A stretch of DNA of 35,776 nt, taken from Candidatus Tenderia sp. (lineage in GTDB: Bacteria > Pseudomonadota > Gammaproteobacteria > Tenderiales > Tenderiaceae). Location: NCBI GenBank assembly GCA_031416075.1, contig JANOSY010000050.1, positions 1-35,776 of the forward strand. The letters are read 5' to 3'. Shown here piece by piece: positions 9,972 through 19,302 of this stretch. The notes below the pieces were generated by a model, which made no database searches, was not told where the DNA came from, and saw only the letters and a list, made by a program, of their open reading frames with translations. Both the position numbers and the translations under genes were made by a program. The number at the start of each line of letters is the position of its first letter. Position 1 is the stretch's first letter.

Positions 9972-10871
9972 CTACACCTTATGTCGGATATTCCGCTGCA
10001 GCGGCGCACCATCGGCCACCACTCCGTTACGGCTCTCAGTACTCGTGTTGGCTACCGGAGTATAACAATCACCCTTGGTATTACAGACCACCCCCTGCTG
10101 GTCCCAAGGCAATTGACGGTAAAGCGCCAGATCATCACCCCCAAGCAGCGGATACTTAATGATCTCAAAGTAGGGTGAGTAATCAAAATCACTGGGGGTA
10201 TAAAGACGCGGGTTGCGCTTATACATCTTCAACCGGCCATCCGGTTCAGACTGTACAACCGGCCGTACCGGATAGTGCACAGCCGCAAACGCCTCCGCGA
10301 TCATGGTCGAACAGAGTGTTTTACTGTGCTCACCCAGACGGTAGTTAAAAAGTGTTGAGCGCCAGCGTCGCGGCAAAATCGCAACAGGTACCATAAACCG
10401 CGCCAGATCAAACATATGGCGAAAATCGTACTCCCCACCAAGATGCGCCAGGGCTGTTGCCAAGACCTGCTGCCGATCCTGGTCTGACAGCCCACCAGGG
10501 CGACAGATGCGCAGGTGACAATCGCTATACTTTGCCAACGAACTGACCACCGTGCCCTCTCCCAGCAACGGCTCAATCAGCAGCTCAGTGATGTTGCTAC
10601 CACAATAGGAGCGCACCCGCTCCCGCAGCAGTGGATCCTCAATCTCCTCCAACCGACCAATACAGAGCGCCGCATGGCTCCAGGGACTCTGAGTAAGGGT
10701 CTTAATAATAGTGCTAACACGCGAGGCCCCTTCAACCAGCAGAACATCACCGGGGCGAATCTCATCACTGAGGCGTGCAAAGTCGCACAGGGGCAGCTCC
10801 AACCGCGCCTGTTGCTGTTCATGCGTCAGCCACGCTGTCACCCTGGCCACCAACCACCGCTTCAACCCCAT
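9972..10871 (-). CDS. Permuted papain-like NlpC/P60 amidase (YiiX/YebB-like)
   Basis: PGDVLLVEG...WSHAAL (His), YDF, then LCSTMIAEAF (Cys): His before Cys, the circularly permuted order. Confidence 0.8.
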   Translation of the reverse strand: MGLKRWLVARVTAWLTHEQQQARLELPLCDFARLSDEIRPGDVLLVEGASRVSTIIKTLTQSPWSHAALCIGRLEEIEDPLLRERVRSYCGSNITELLIEPLLGEGTVVSSLAKYSDCHLRICRPGGLSDQDRQQVLATALAHLGGEYDFRHMFDLARFMVPVAILPRRWRSTLFNYRLGEHSKTLCSTMIAEAFAAVHYPVRPVVQSEPDGRLKMYKRNPRLYTPSDFDYSPYFEIIKYPLLGGDDLALYRQLPWDQQGVVCNTKGDCYTPVANTSTESRNGVVADGAPLQRNIRHKV

Positions 10872-11059
10872 CGGGTAATCTCCCTATCAACCACCGCCCG
10901 CGTTGAACCTCTCTAGCTCTACCCTAAACTAAAGTATCGGAAAAAACCGGATTTTCTCCATTTTCTGCACTTGCAAACACTCAAAAACAGAGACCCCCTG
11001 TCAACCATTAGTGAGCGTATGCCCTAGACAATTAACAACAGCAGCACGACAGATCAAAA

Positions 11060-12214
11060 CTAGAGATATTCCATCGGCAGGTCCATCACAGGCTCAGCTG
11101 CTTTCGGTTTTGGTGCCGTTTTTGGCGCAGGCGTTTCAGTTTTGCCCGTCTCCTTGCTGGCCCCGCTGCCAGAGGGTTGTGATATCGGTGGCAGTGGCGG
11201 CGCTATCGGTGGCGCTTGAATCGATTGGCTCTTCTGGGGTGCTGGAGGTGCTGACAGCGGCAATGTAGGCAGCTGAATCGGCGAGCTACCCGGCTCTGGC
11301 AATGGCGTATTGGCGGGCAGCTCGCCGCCGTGTGCCCTAATTTGCGCCTCGGTCACCGTCTCACTTTGCACCAATGCCTCTTCGGTCTTTTTATTCAGGA
11401 TAATAATGGCAATCCGGCGATTCACCGGGTCCTGAGGGTTTGCCTTGTCAAACGGGATCGACGACGCCAGCCCCACCACCCGCCCAATCTTCGACTCTGC
11501 AACACCGTTGTCGGTTAAGACACGCCGTGCGGCATTGGCACGATCCGCCGACAACTCCCAGTTACCATAGTTTTCACGCTGAAAGCGCGATGCATCGGTA
11601 TGGCCCGAGAGACTGATACGATTAGGTACTGCGCTCATAAAATAGGAGAGCTCCTTGAGGATGTCATAGGTGTAGTGTTTAAGCTTGGCATCACCACTGG
11701 CAAACATGGGGCGGTTCTCTTTATCCACAATCTGGATACGCAACCCCTCAGCCGTCACATCAAGCAGCAGCTGATCTTTAAAGGGCTGAAGCGCCTCACT
11801 CTTCTCGATCGCCTCCCTGAGTGACTCCATCAGACCGTCGAACTTCACCTTCTCTTTTTCAGTCTCTCGCTCTTCCTCTGTCTTTTTCTCCTTTTCTTTC
11901 TCTTTTTCCTTCTCTTTATTCAACTCCATCGCACCGCCCAAGCTGATCAGGCTGGCACTCGCCCCCCCTGGTCCCTGCACGGCACTGGGGGCCGGTGACG
12001 ACGACAGCCCTTCACTCATGCTGGGATTATCGAAGTATTCAGAGATGGCGGCGCGCTCCTCCTTGGTAGTGGAACCCATCAGCCACATCAACATAAAAAA
12101 CGCCATCATCGCCGTCACGAAGTCGGCAAAGGCTACCTTCCAGGCGCCACCATGGTGGCCGTGGCCACCATGGAACACCTTTTTAACGATGATCGGTTGT
12201 TTTTTGTCGATCAT
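11060..12214 (-). CDS. motB: Flagellar stator protein MotB
   Basis: HHGGAWKVAFADFVTAMMAFF with conserved Asp; OmpA-like PG-binding motifs GHTD, NWELSADRA, NRRI. Confidence 0.95.
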   Translation of the reverse strand: MIDKKQPIIVKKVFHGGHGHHGGAWKVAFADFVTAMMAFFMLMWLMGSTTKEERAAISEYFDNPSMSEGLSSSPAPSAVQGPGGASASLISLGGAMELNKEKEKEKEKEKKTEEERETEKEKVKFDGLMESLREAIEKSEALQPFKDQLLLDVTAEGLRIQIVDKENRPMFASGDAKLKHYTYDILKELSYFMSAVPNRISLSGHTDASRFQRENYGNWELSADRANAARRVLTDNGVAESKIGRVVGLASSIPFDKANPQDPVNRRIAIIILNKKTEEALVQSETVTEAQIRAHGGELPANTPLPEPGSSPIQLPTLPLSAPPAPQKSQSIQAPPIAPPLPPISQPSGSGASKETGKTETPAPKTAPKPKAAEPVMDLPMEYL

Positions 12215-12226
12215 GGCGTGGCCTTC

Positions 12227-13081
12227 CTAGCCTTTGTTCTTCACGTGCTCTTCCAGCTCGCTGAAGCTCGGTCTGATGGTGGAGTACATCACCTTACGGC
12301 CAAACTCCACCGCCACTTGCGGGCTGTAACCGTTGACCGCTGCCAGCAGGCAGACCTTAATACACTGATAAAACTTTGCCTCTTCACGGGCCACATGTTC
12401 CATGGCCGTAGCCAGCGGTCCGACAAAACCGTAGGCCATCAAAATCCCCAAAAAGGTACCCACCAGCGCCGCAGCAACGTGGTGACCGAGAATTGCCGGA
12501 TCACCACCGATAAACGACATGGTGATAACAATCCCCAATACTGCTGCGACGATACCAAACCCAGGCAGACCATCAGAGACGCGGGTCACTGCCTGGGCCG
12601 GCATCTCCGCTTCCTCATGGTGGGCCGCCAACTCCATATCCATCAGATTTTCCAGTTCAAACGGATTCATGGTGCCACCCACCATCAGGCGGAAATAGTC
12701 ACAGATAAAATCGATGATGTGGTGATCATTAACAATGGTGGGGTATTTAGAAAAAAGAGGACTCTGGTGAGGATCATCGATATCCGACTCAATCGACATC
12801 ATGCCCTCCTTACGCGACTTCTGCAGCATGTCGTAAACCAGTGACAGCAGGTCTAAATAGAGCGCCTTTTTATATTTTGACCCTTTGAGTGCACCCAGGA
12901 TATTTTTAACCACACCCTTAAGCACACTGGCCGGGTTGGCTGTCACAAAGGCACCAAACGCCGCACCGCCGATAATCAGCAGTTCAAACGGCTGCCACAA
13001 CGCCATCAATTCGCCGTGCGACAGCACAAAGCCGCCAGCAACGCAGGCGAGCACAATAATAAAACCAATAATAATCAGCAT
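12227..13081 (-). CDS. motA: Flagellar stator protein MotA
   Basis: ELLIIGGAAFGAF, DGLPGFGIVAAVLG, AALVGTFLGI, AVEFGRK motifs. Confidence 0.95.
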   Translation of the reverse strand: MLIIIGFIIVLACVAGGFVLSHGELMALWQPFELLIIGGAAFGAFVTANPASVLKGVVKNILGALKGSKYKKALYLDLLSLVYDMLQKSRKEGMMSIESDIDDPHQSPLFSKYPTIVNDHHIIDFICDYFRLMVGGTMNPFELENLMDMELAAHHEEAEMPAQAVTRVSDGLPGFGIVAAVLGIVITMSFIGGDPAILGHHVAAALVGTFLGILMAYGFVGPLATAMEHVAREEAKFYQCIKVCLLAAVNGYSPQVAVEFGRKVMYSTIRPSFSELEEHVKNKG

Positions 13082-13129
13082 CCCAGCAAGCCTTCCCGTT
13101 CGTTTACTCAGTAGATCCGCTCGTCCTAT

Positions 13130-13156
13130 CTATCGGCGAACAGAACTTCAACTTGA
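13130..13156 (-). promoter_or_regulatory. Sigma-28 (FliA) promoter for motAB
   Basis: Minus strand TCAAG-N14-GCCGATAG, about 50 nt upstream of motA. Confidence 0.8.
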
Positions 13157-13193
13157 GACGCCCATATACAGGTGTTGCTTTGCCCCGCTTAAT

Positions 13194-13220
13194 TAAAGCT
13201 TTAGAGGTATAAGCCGTAAT
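13194..13220 (+). promoter_or_regulatory. Sigma-28-like promoter for the HDOD gene
   Basis: TAAAG-N14-GCCGTAAT, 37 nt upstream of ATG 13258. Confidence 0.55.
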
Positions 13221-13257
13221 TCAGGGTAATCGGAACGGCCAGCTCATAGGCGTAAAC

Positions 13258-14733
13258 ATGGATAGACCAACATCACTGGATGAGTGGGTCACGCGGCTAC
13301 AAGATAAGCCGCTGCCGCTATTGCAAAACAGTCGCGACACCATACAAAAACTCAACTTTGACAACATCAGCATGGCGCGCCTCTCCAATATCGCCCTTAC
13401 CGATCCTGGCCTGACCCTGACTATCTTGCGTCACGCCGCACAAAAACAGAGCAAGCGGCTATCAGGCGACATTCTCACCCTGGATATTGCTGCCATGATT
13501 ATGGGAATGGGCACGGTAGCGACACTCATTGAAGATATGCAGTCGCTCGAAACCACCGCTGATGACCTGACAAAAGAGTTATATCTGTTAATTGTGAACC
13601 GCACCTATCACGCCGCCTACCAGGCGTATGGTATGGCGCGAATCCGGGTAGATGCGGTGCCTGAAGAGATCTTTACTGCGGCGATGTTGCAAGAGGTAGG
13701 TGCCTTGATGCTGTTGATACATGGCAACAACATTCTCACCCCCGAGATCATTACCAATGAAGAGCAGCAACTTAGTGTGCTGGGTTTTACCCTGAAACAG
13801 CTATCACAAAAACTTGCCCAGACATGGAAACTCTCCAACTTTATCCAATACAGCCTGCAGGACGAACCCCCCGCCAATAACCCACGCCTCCATGAGATTC
13901 GCCTTGGCAGCCATGTTGCCCACGCCGCTGAACGTGGCTGGGAAGGGGCAGAGATGGAACAGCTGATTGATGCCATGGCCCGCCACCTGCGTATCAGCCT
14001 GCAAGATGCACAGGAAGAGATTCATGGCAGCGCCATACAGTCAGCCCAGGAGACACTATTTTATGGCGTGCCATCGGTGGCCATCACACTGCCCGGCTTA
14101 AACGATGAAGAGCGTGCACAACTACAACCCACCTCACCCATCATCCGCAGCGTTATCCATCAGCAACGGGGCAACACCCCCGTACATATGCCATCAACAC
14201 CCCTGGACACCCTCGGCACCCAGGCATGCCGTGATGATGTTGCCTTAGCCGCCGCCATTCATAAACTGGAGACTATTCTTTCCGGCACCATTCATCTGCC
14301 CGAACTGATGGCGGCATTCAGAACAGCCTTTCATAACGCCCTTGGCCTGAATCGGGCCTTTTTTGCCATGCTCTCACCAGACCGAAAACATCTGATATCA
14401 CGTTTTATCTTTGGTCACGAACAGGGGATACGCAACCTGCGTATCCCTGTCACCCACGGCAACCTGTTTCAACGGCTGCTGGAAAAACCACAAACACTCT
14501 GGGTTAAGGAAGAGAACCGCCAGAAAGTACTGCCCCTGATCCCCATTGAACTTAACAAATTATTTAATGGTGAAAACTTTCTGATCATGACCATTCGTAT
14601 TAAAGGCAGGCCACTGGGTATCATCTACGGCGACCGTTACGGCAGCACAACCGCCCTTGATGCCATCGATTACGAAAAATTTCGCCAATTAGGACAGCTA
14701 TTAGCTAAAGGTTTTGAACAGCTAGGCAGATAG
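13258..14733 (+). CDS. HDOD-domain signalling protein with C-terminal GAF-like domain
   Basis: LPLL...DPGLTLTILRHA, EEIFTAAMLQEVG, LAQTWKL (HDOD); GLNRAFFAML...GRPLGIIYGD (GAF-like). Confidence 0.8.
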   Translation: MDRPTSLDEWVTRLQDKPLPLLQNSRDTIQKLNFDNISMARLSNIALTDPGLTLTILRHAAQKQSKRLSGDILTLDIAAMIMGMGTVATLIEDMQSLETTADDLTKELYLLIVNRTYHAAYQAYGMARIRVDAVPEEIFTAAMLQEVGALMLLIHGNNILTPEIITNEEQQLSVLGFTLKQLSQKLAQTWKLSNFIQYSLQDEPPANNPRLHEIRLGSHVAHAAERGWEGAEMEQLIDAMARHLRISLQDAQEEIHGSAIQSAQETLFYGVPSVAITLPGLNDEERAQLQPTSPIIRSVIHQQRGNTPVHMPSTPLDTLGTQACRDDVALAAAIHKLETILSGTIHLPELMAAFRTAFHNALGLNRAFFAMLSPDRKHLISRFIFGHEQGIRNLRIPVTHGNLFQRLLEKPQTLWVKEENRQKVLPLIPIELNKLFNGENFLIMTIRIKGRPLGIIYGDRYGSTTALDAIDYEKFRQLGQLLAKGFEQLGR

Positions 14734-14812
14734 TCTCTATGAGAAACGTGCAATATAAATCATACCGAAAAGAACCATTTACGTTGTCCTGCCTGTGGGC
14801 AGAGGAGAGGCC

Positions 14813-15184
14813 ATGCCTATTGAAGACCGCAAACATCAACGTAGCCCTATCGAATCTGAATTCTGTAGCGACAGCTTTCATGTTGAAGTCTACGACCGCA
14901 GTTATGTGCTCAACCGCATCCATGACGTCTCAATTTCAGGCACGGGCATTATGATCCCCAGCGAAATCAAACCGGGCACACCGGTCAAGCTGGTATTCAA
15001 AAGTGACAACTACATAATCAGCGTTAACGGCACTACCGTCTGGTGCAAACCGATCACATCAGGACTGGACGATAAAGGGCTTAATGGCAAAGATGCCTAT
15101 CGCACGGGTATTCAGTTTGATTACAAGGATCGCAACTGCGCCATGTTTTTTATGGCACTTAAAGATTTTATCAGTCGGCGCTAA
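14813..15184 (+). CDS. PilZ-domain c-di-GMP receptor
   Basis: RKHQR (RxxxR) and DVSISG (DxSxxG) motifs, GTTVWC, GIQF. Start ATG 14813 after GGAGAGG. Confidence 0.85.
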   Translation: MPIEDRKHQRSPIESEFCSDSFHVEVYDRSYVLNRIHDVSISGTGIMIPSEIKPGTPVKLVFKSDNYIISVNGTTVWCKPITSGLDDKGLNGKDAYRTGIQFDYKDRNCAMFFMALKDFISRR

Positions 15185-15197
15185 CCACCACGCCAAC

Positions 15198-15235
15198 CGG
15201 GGTATCGCAGCGATACCCTGAGGCCCGGCCCTCAG
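15198..15235. terminator. Hairpins between convergent genes (terminator or repeat)
   Basis: GGGTATCGC-A-GCGATACCC (15200-15218) followed by CTGAGG-N6-CCTCAG. Confidence 0.45.
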
Positions 15236-16398
15236 CGCGTCACATCAAGAAATGCCAGCACCTCGTCACGGCGATTAATCGTATCGGCATACCCCAACGC
15301 AATCAAATCCCGGCAGTAGGCCTTATCAAACAGCAGATAACTCAACAGACTGGTGCTGTTACTGTTCAGGCCACCAATGCCGCGCAGAAAAAAGCGCACT
15401 GCCGGTGGCAAACGCTGGGCGTGCTGCTGGGCAATCTTGCTGATATCACGGCTGGGGTTGATCTCCAGCACCTTGACCGGCTTGAGTTTGATGGTGCCAT
15501 CCTCTATCAGTTTTTTAGGGATCAGCTCCAGGGTACGGTTGATGCGTTTGAGCCGCTCCAGATCCGCATCCATACTATCGAGGAAGATACTGTTGAGCAC
15601 ATGGCCTGCAATCTGCGCCATCGATGGATAACCGTGGGTCTTCTCACGCACCACCGCGGCATCATTGTGGCTGCGCACACCAATCACCAGAATCCGATCC
15701 GCCCCCAGATGCAGTGCCGGGCTGATTGGGGCGATCTGACGCATCGAACCATCACCAAAGTATTCACGGTTAATCTTCACCGCCTGAAATACAAAGGGAA
15801 TGGCTGATGAAGCCATCAGGTGTTCAATGGTGATCTGCGCCGGACAGCCAACACGAATCGCCCGATCCCACGGCTCAATCTTCTCGGCACTTTGATAAAA
15901 AGTGACCGACTGACCCGAGGTATACCCCGATGCAGTAACACTCAAGGCGTACAGATGGCCATCGGCAATAGAGTCAGCAATCCGCTCGCAGGGCAGGTAA
16001 TTACGTAACAACTGCTCCAGCGGCGCACGGTCAAACAGCGCGGTAGGATTATGGCGACCCAACCCACCCAGCATCATGGCGGCCAGCCAGTGGGCAGCAC
16101 TTTTGCTCACACCAACCGCATCACTACGGAAGACCTGATCGACAGTAAAATGGCCCCAGACACCCACCAACCGCGAGATGGCATCCTGAAAATCGGCAGC
16201 ATAAACAGACAAGGCAGTGGCATTAATCGCCCCCGCAGAGGTACCACATATCACCGGGAACGGATTGTGTGTCAGGGGGGCACGCATCCGCGCAATGGCC
16301 TTCAGCACCCCCACCTGATATGCAGCGCGGGCACCCCCCCCGGCCAGAATCAAACCCACCCGTGCGTCCGCTGTCTGCTTATCCGCCAACCACCCCAT
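15232..16398 (-). CDS. Patatin-like phospholipase
   Basis: LAGGGARAAYQVG, GTSAG nucleophile, ASSAIP, DGS motifs. Confidence 0.9.
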   Translation of the reverse strand: MGWLADKQTADARVGLILAGGGARAAYQVGVLKAIARMRAPLTHNPFPVICGTSAGAINATALSVYAADFQDAISRLVGVWGHFTVDQVFRSDAVGVSKSAAHWLAAMMLGGLGRHNPTALFDRAPLEQLLRNYLPCERIADSIADGHLYALSVTASGYTSGQSVTFYQSAEKIEPWDRAIRVGCPAQITIEHLMASSAIPFVFQAVKINREYFGDGSMRQIAPISPALHLGADRILVIGVRSHNDAAVVREKTHGYPSMAQIAGHVLNSIFLDSMDADLERLKRINRTLELIPKKLIEDGTIKLKPVKVLEINPSRDISKIAQQHAQRLPPAVRFFLRGIGGLNSNSTSLLSYLLFDKAYCRDLIALGYADTINRRDEVLAFLDVTR

Positions 16399-16497
16399 AA
16401 CTTGCTCTACCTCTCCCTGCCACTATTACCGGATTCCTCTCAATGAATAGCGGCATCAGTAAGGGGCAGCATGAGAATTGCCTTAAGTAACGGGCCG

Positions 16498-16857
16498 TTA
16501 CTTCTCCTGTCCCTGCTTAACACGGCGGGTAAACGCCACAACATTCAGCGGCGCAGCCACTTCATAACTAACCTTACCTTTAATAGCATCCACCAACCCC
16601 TCTTTGCCATAGACCGAGTCCATCATCATCCGTGAAATTCGCACACAGGCGGAGAGCGGCGTCGCTGCCCGATTGCGCTCCATATCAATACGCCACTGCA
16701 AACACTCCATGCGACGGCGGTGGGCACTGGGCATCTCCGCAATCAGCGCATCAATATAGTGCTGGCGCTGCTGCTCAAACGCCTGGGGGTCACGCTGGGC
16801 CAGCTCGGCCCACGCTTCAAAGACAAATGAATCGGATTTAGATGGATAAGGCATCAC
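16498..16857 (-). CDS. DUF3135-like protein
   Basis: FEAWAELAQRDPQAFEQQR...LQWRIDMER...PL pattern. Confidence 0.75.
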   Translation of the reverse strand: MMPYPSKSDSFVFEAWAELAQRDPQAFEQQRQHYIDALIAEMPSAHRRRMECLQWRIDMERNRAATPLSACVRISRMMMDSVYGKEGLVDAIKGKVSYEVAAPLNVVAFTRRVKQGQEK

Positions 16858-16964
16858 TACAAACCTCTTAATTGATCACCACAACATACCCCTTCTATTT
16901 GTAAGTATAACCAAAGTTTCCCGGCAGAAACCAGCGCATAGTGTTCAAAAAAATCCCGCACCCA

Positions 16965-17399
16965 TCAAATCGCTCGCCGACGTAGTCTGAGTCCATCGCG
17001 GAAATTTAACCCCATAAGCATGAGCTGCACCATGCCAGCCACTAATTCCACCCCCTGCACCAGATAGAACAGACCATCAAACTCGGCAGCGACGGCTTTG
17101 CCGTTGAGGAAGAGCGCCGCCGGCACCAGCACCAGCAGGCCATTGGCAGCGATGAGCTGCATCCGCCGCTGCTTCTGCCTGACAAGCGCAGTCGGCCAAC
17201 GTTTACCAAGCACAAAGCCGGAGCCGCCCGTAACGGCCAGACACGGCACCAGCAGCAAGAGCCCATTCACAATTGCCTGTTTAACTGCCGCCACCGCCGC
17301 GTGGTCCAGAAACAGCTCCGCAATCAACGTAGCACTCCAAAAGCTGGCGATGATAAACATCGCTGTGGCGCCCGCACCGGCGTGAACGATGGCTCTCAT
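16965..17399 (-). CDS. Four-TM inner membrane protein of unknown function
   Basis: Four hydrophobic segments, TGGSGF and IAANGLLVLVP; ATGA overlap with the MarR gene. Confidence 0.75.
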   Translation of the reverse strand: MRAIVHAGAGATAMFIIASFWSATLIAELFLDHAAVAAVKQAIVNGLLLLVPCLAVTGGSGFVLGKRWPTALVRQKQRRMQLIAANGLLVLVPAALFLNGKAVAAEFDGLFYLVQGVELVAGMVQLMLMGLNFRDGLRLRRRAI

Positions 17400-17869
17400 G
17401 GTCGGATACCTCGCGTCGGAACAGGGGCGTTGAGCCGGTCGTAAAGGCCGTTAAGGGTTTTCAGTGTCTGGTTGAGTGCCTCCAGGGAGTCCCCCGCCAC
17501 CAGGCCGTCGGCCCAGACCGCCTCCAGGGCCATCGCCTCCGCGAAGGCACGGCTGCCCAGTTCGGTCAGGGCATAGAGTGGCGAGCGTTGGTGGCGAGGG
17601 TTAAGACACTGCTCAAAGAAGCCATCCAGCGCCAACTTGTTGAGCTGTTTCTGCGCCCCCTGGCGGGTGATGCCCATCGCCTCGGCGATCTGTGGCGCGG
17701 AGAGTGGCTTTCCCGCCAGCGCCACCGCCCCCAGTACTTGCCAGCGGGCGCTGCTGAGATTGAGCGGCTCGACCAGCTGGTCGCCCCGCTCCAGCAGACG
17801 GCCATTGACACGAAAGATGGCGAGCATAATCTCGGTCAGGAGAGCGGCAGCGGGGCTGGGCAGCGTCAC
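17396..17869 (-). CDS. MarR-family transcriptional regulator
   Basis: LSSARWQVLGAV...QIAEAMGITRQGAQKQLNKL...NPRHQRSPLYALT. GTG start at 17869 with AAGGA RBS. Confidence 0.88.
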   Translation of the reverse strand: MTLPSPAAALLTEIMLAIFRVNGRLLERGDQLVEPLNLSSARWQVLGAVALAGKPLSAPQIAEAMGITRQGAQKQLNKLALDGFFEQCLNPRHQRSPLYALTELGSRAFAEAMALEAVWADGLVAGDSLEALNQTLKTLNGLYDRLNAPVPTRGIRP

Positions 17870-17940
17870 AGTGGTTTCCTTTGTGAATAGGTGGTTGGGG
17901 CTGGCCGTTGTTAGCCTGAAGGGGGGGCAACCCGCATAAC

Positions 17941-17977
17941 GACAACCAGTTTCCATAATTGACAACCAGATGTCAAT
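17941..17977. promoter_or_regulatory. Putative MarR operator
   Basis: Perfect palindrome ATTGACA-N6-TGTCAAT (17958-17977) plus a GACAACCAG direct repeat at 17941 and 17961. Confidence 0.6.
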
Positions 17978-18101
17978 ATCCGCCGAAAACGGCTCAACGC
18001 CACACAGAACATAAAAGGTGACAGGCGATAAGGAGAGGGGGTTTATGGGTAAAACTAGAGGTGCGCCGATCACGACGCCCTCCCGAAGGGACAAAATGTC
18101 G

Positions 18102-19301
18102 CTACGTCAGCTCGGCCAGCACCTCCGCCAGCGCCGCCACCGCCATGTCTATCTGCGCCCGCCGGATCACCAGTGGCGGGGCAAAGCGGACCACCGTCTC
18201 ATGGGTCTCCTTGCTCAGCACCCCGCGCGTCATGAGCCGCTCACAGACGGTGCGGGCCGTCACCTTGTTGGCATGGAACTCAACCGCGATCAGTAACCCC
18301 TTGCCACGTATTTCCTTGATAAACGGGCTATTAAGCTCGACCAGACGAGAGATGAAATAGGCCCCCATCTGGGCCGACGCCTCCACCAACCCTTCATCTT
18401 CCAATACCTGCAACGCCGCCAGGGCGACGGCGGCGGCCAGCGGATTGCCGCCAAAGGTGCTGCCGTGGTCGCCGGGAGTAAACACCTCCATCACCTCGCG
18501 CCGCGCCAGAAACATGGAGACCGGCAGCAGCCCGCCACCCAGCGCCTTGCCGAGGATCAGACCGTCCGGTTTGACCGCATCGTGATCACTGGCCAGCAGC
18601 GCGCCGGTACGGCCTAGGCCGGTCTGGATCTCATCGCAGATCAGCAGCACGTTGTTGTCGCGACAGATCTGCTCGCAGCGTTTGAGGTAACCCGGCGGCG
18701 GCATGATGATTCCACCCTCGCCCTGGATCGGCTCCACCAGAAAGGCCGCGGTGTTGGGGGTGATGGCCGCCTCCAAGGCGTCGCTGTCGCCAAACGGGAT
18801 CGAACTGAAGCCGGCCGGAAAGGGGCCAAAGCCGTCGCGGTACTGCGGCGCGGAGGAGAAGGCGACGATGCTGATGGTGCGACCATGGAAATTGCCGTCG
18901 CAGACGATGATCCCGGCCTGGTCGGCGGCGACCCCCTTGACCTTGTAGGCCCATTTGCGCGCCGCCTTGAGGGCGGTCTCCACCGCCTCGGCACCGGTAT
19001 TCATTGGCAGCGCCATCTCCTGGCCGGTCATCTGACAGATCTTTTGCAGCAGCGGTGCCAGCTGATCACTGTGAAAGGCGCGCGAGACCACGGCAAGCTG
19101 AGCTGCCTGTGTCGTCAGCGCCTGCACTAAACGGGGATGGCAGTGGCCATGGCTGACCGCCGAGTAGGCGCTCATCATATCGAGATAACAGTTACCGCCA
19201 TCATCCCAGAGGTAGACCCCCTCACCCTTGACCAGCACCACCGGCAAGGGGTGATAGTTATGGGCACAGTACTGCTCTTCCAGTTCTATTATGGGATTCA
19301 T
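18102..19301 (-). CDS. rocD: Ornithine--oxo-acid aminotransferase
   Basis: AHNYHPLPVV, MNTGAEAVETA, EPIQGEGG, DEIQTGLGRTG, GKALGGG, HGSTFGGNPLA. Confidence 0.95.
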   Translation of the reverse strand: MNPIIELEEQYCAHNYHPLPVVLVKGEGVYLWDDGGNCYLDMMSAYSAVSHGHCHPRLVQALTTQAAQLAVVSRAFHSDQLAPLLQKICQMTGQEMALPMNTGAEAVETALKAARKWAYKVKGVAADQAGIIVCDGNFHGRTISIVAFSSAPQYRDGFGPFPAGFSSIPFGDSDALEAAITPNTAAFLVEPIQGEGGIIMPPPGYLKRCEQICRDNNVLLICDEIQTGLGRTGALLASDHDAVKPDGLILGKALGGGLLPVSMFLARREVMEVFTPGDHGSTFGGNPLAAAVALAALQVLEDEGLVEASAQMGAYFISRLVELNSPFIKEIRGKGLLIAVEFHANKVTARTVCERLMTRGVLSKETHETVVRFAPPLVIRRAQIDMAVAALAEVLAELT

Positions 19302-19302
19302 G

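Noticed and set aside
10933-10960. TGGAG-N14-TCCGATAC sigma-28-like site upstream of the YiiX-like gene
   Set aside because: Both boxes deviate from consensus; too weak to call.
17870-18094. N-terminal extension of the MarR ORF
   Set aside because: Runs through the operator region; RBS and GTG at 17869 give a normal-length MarR.
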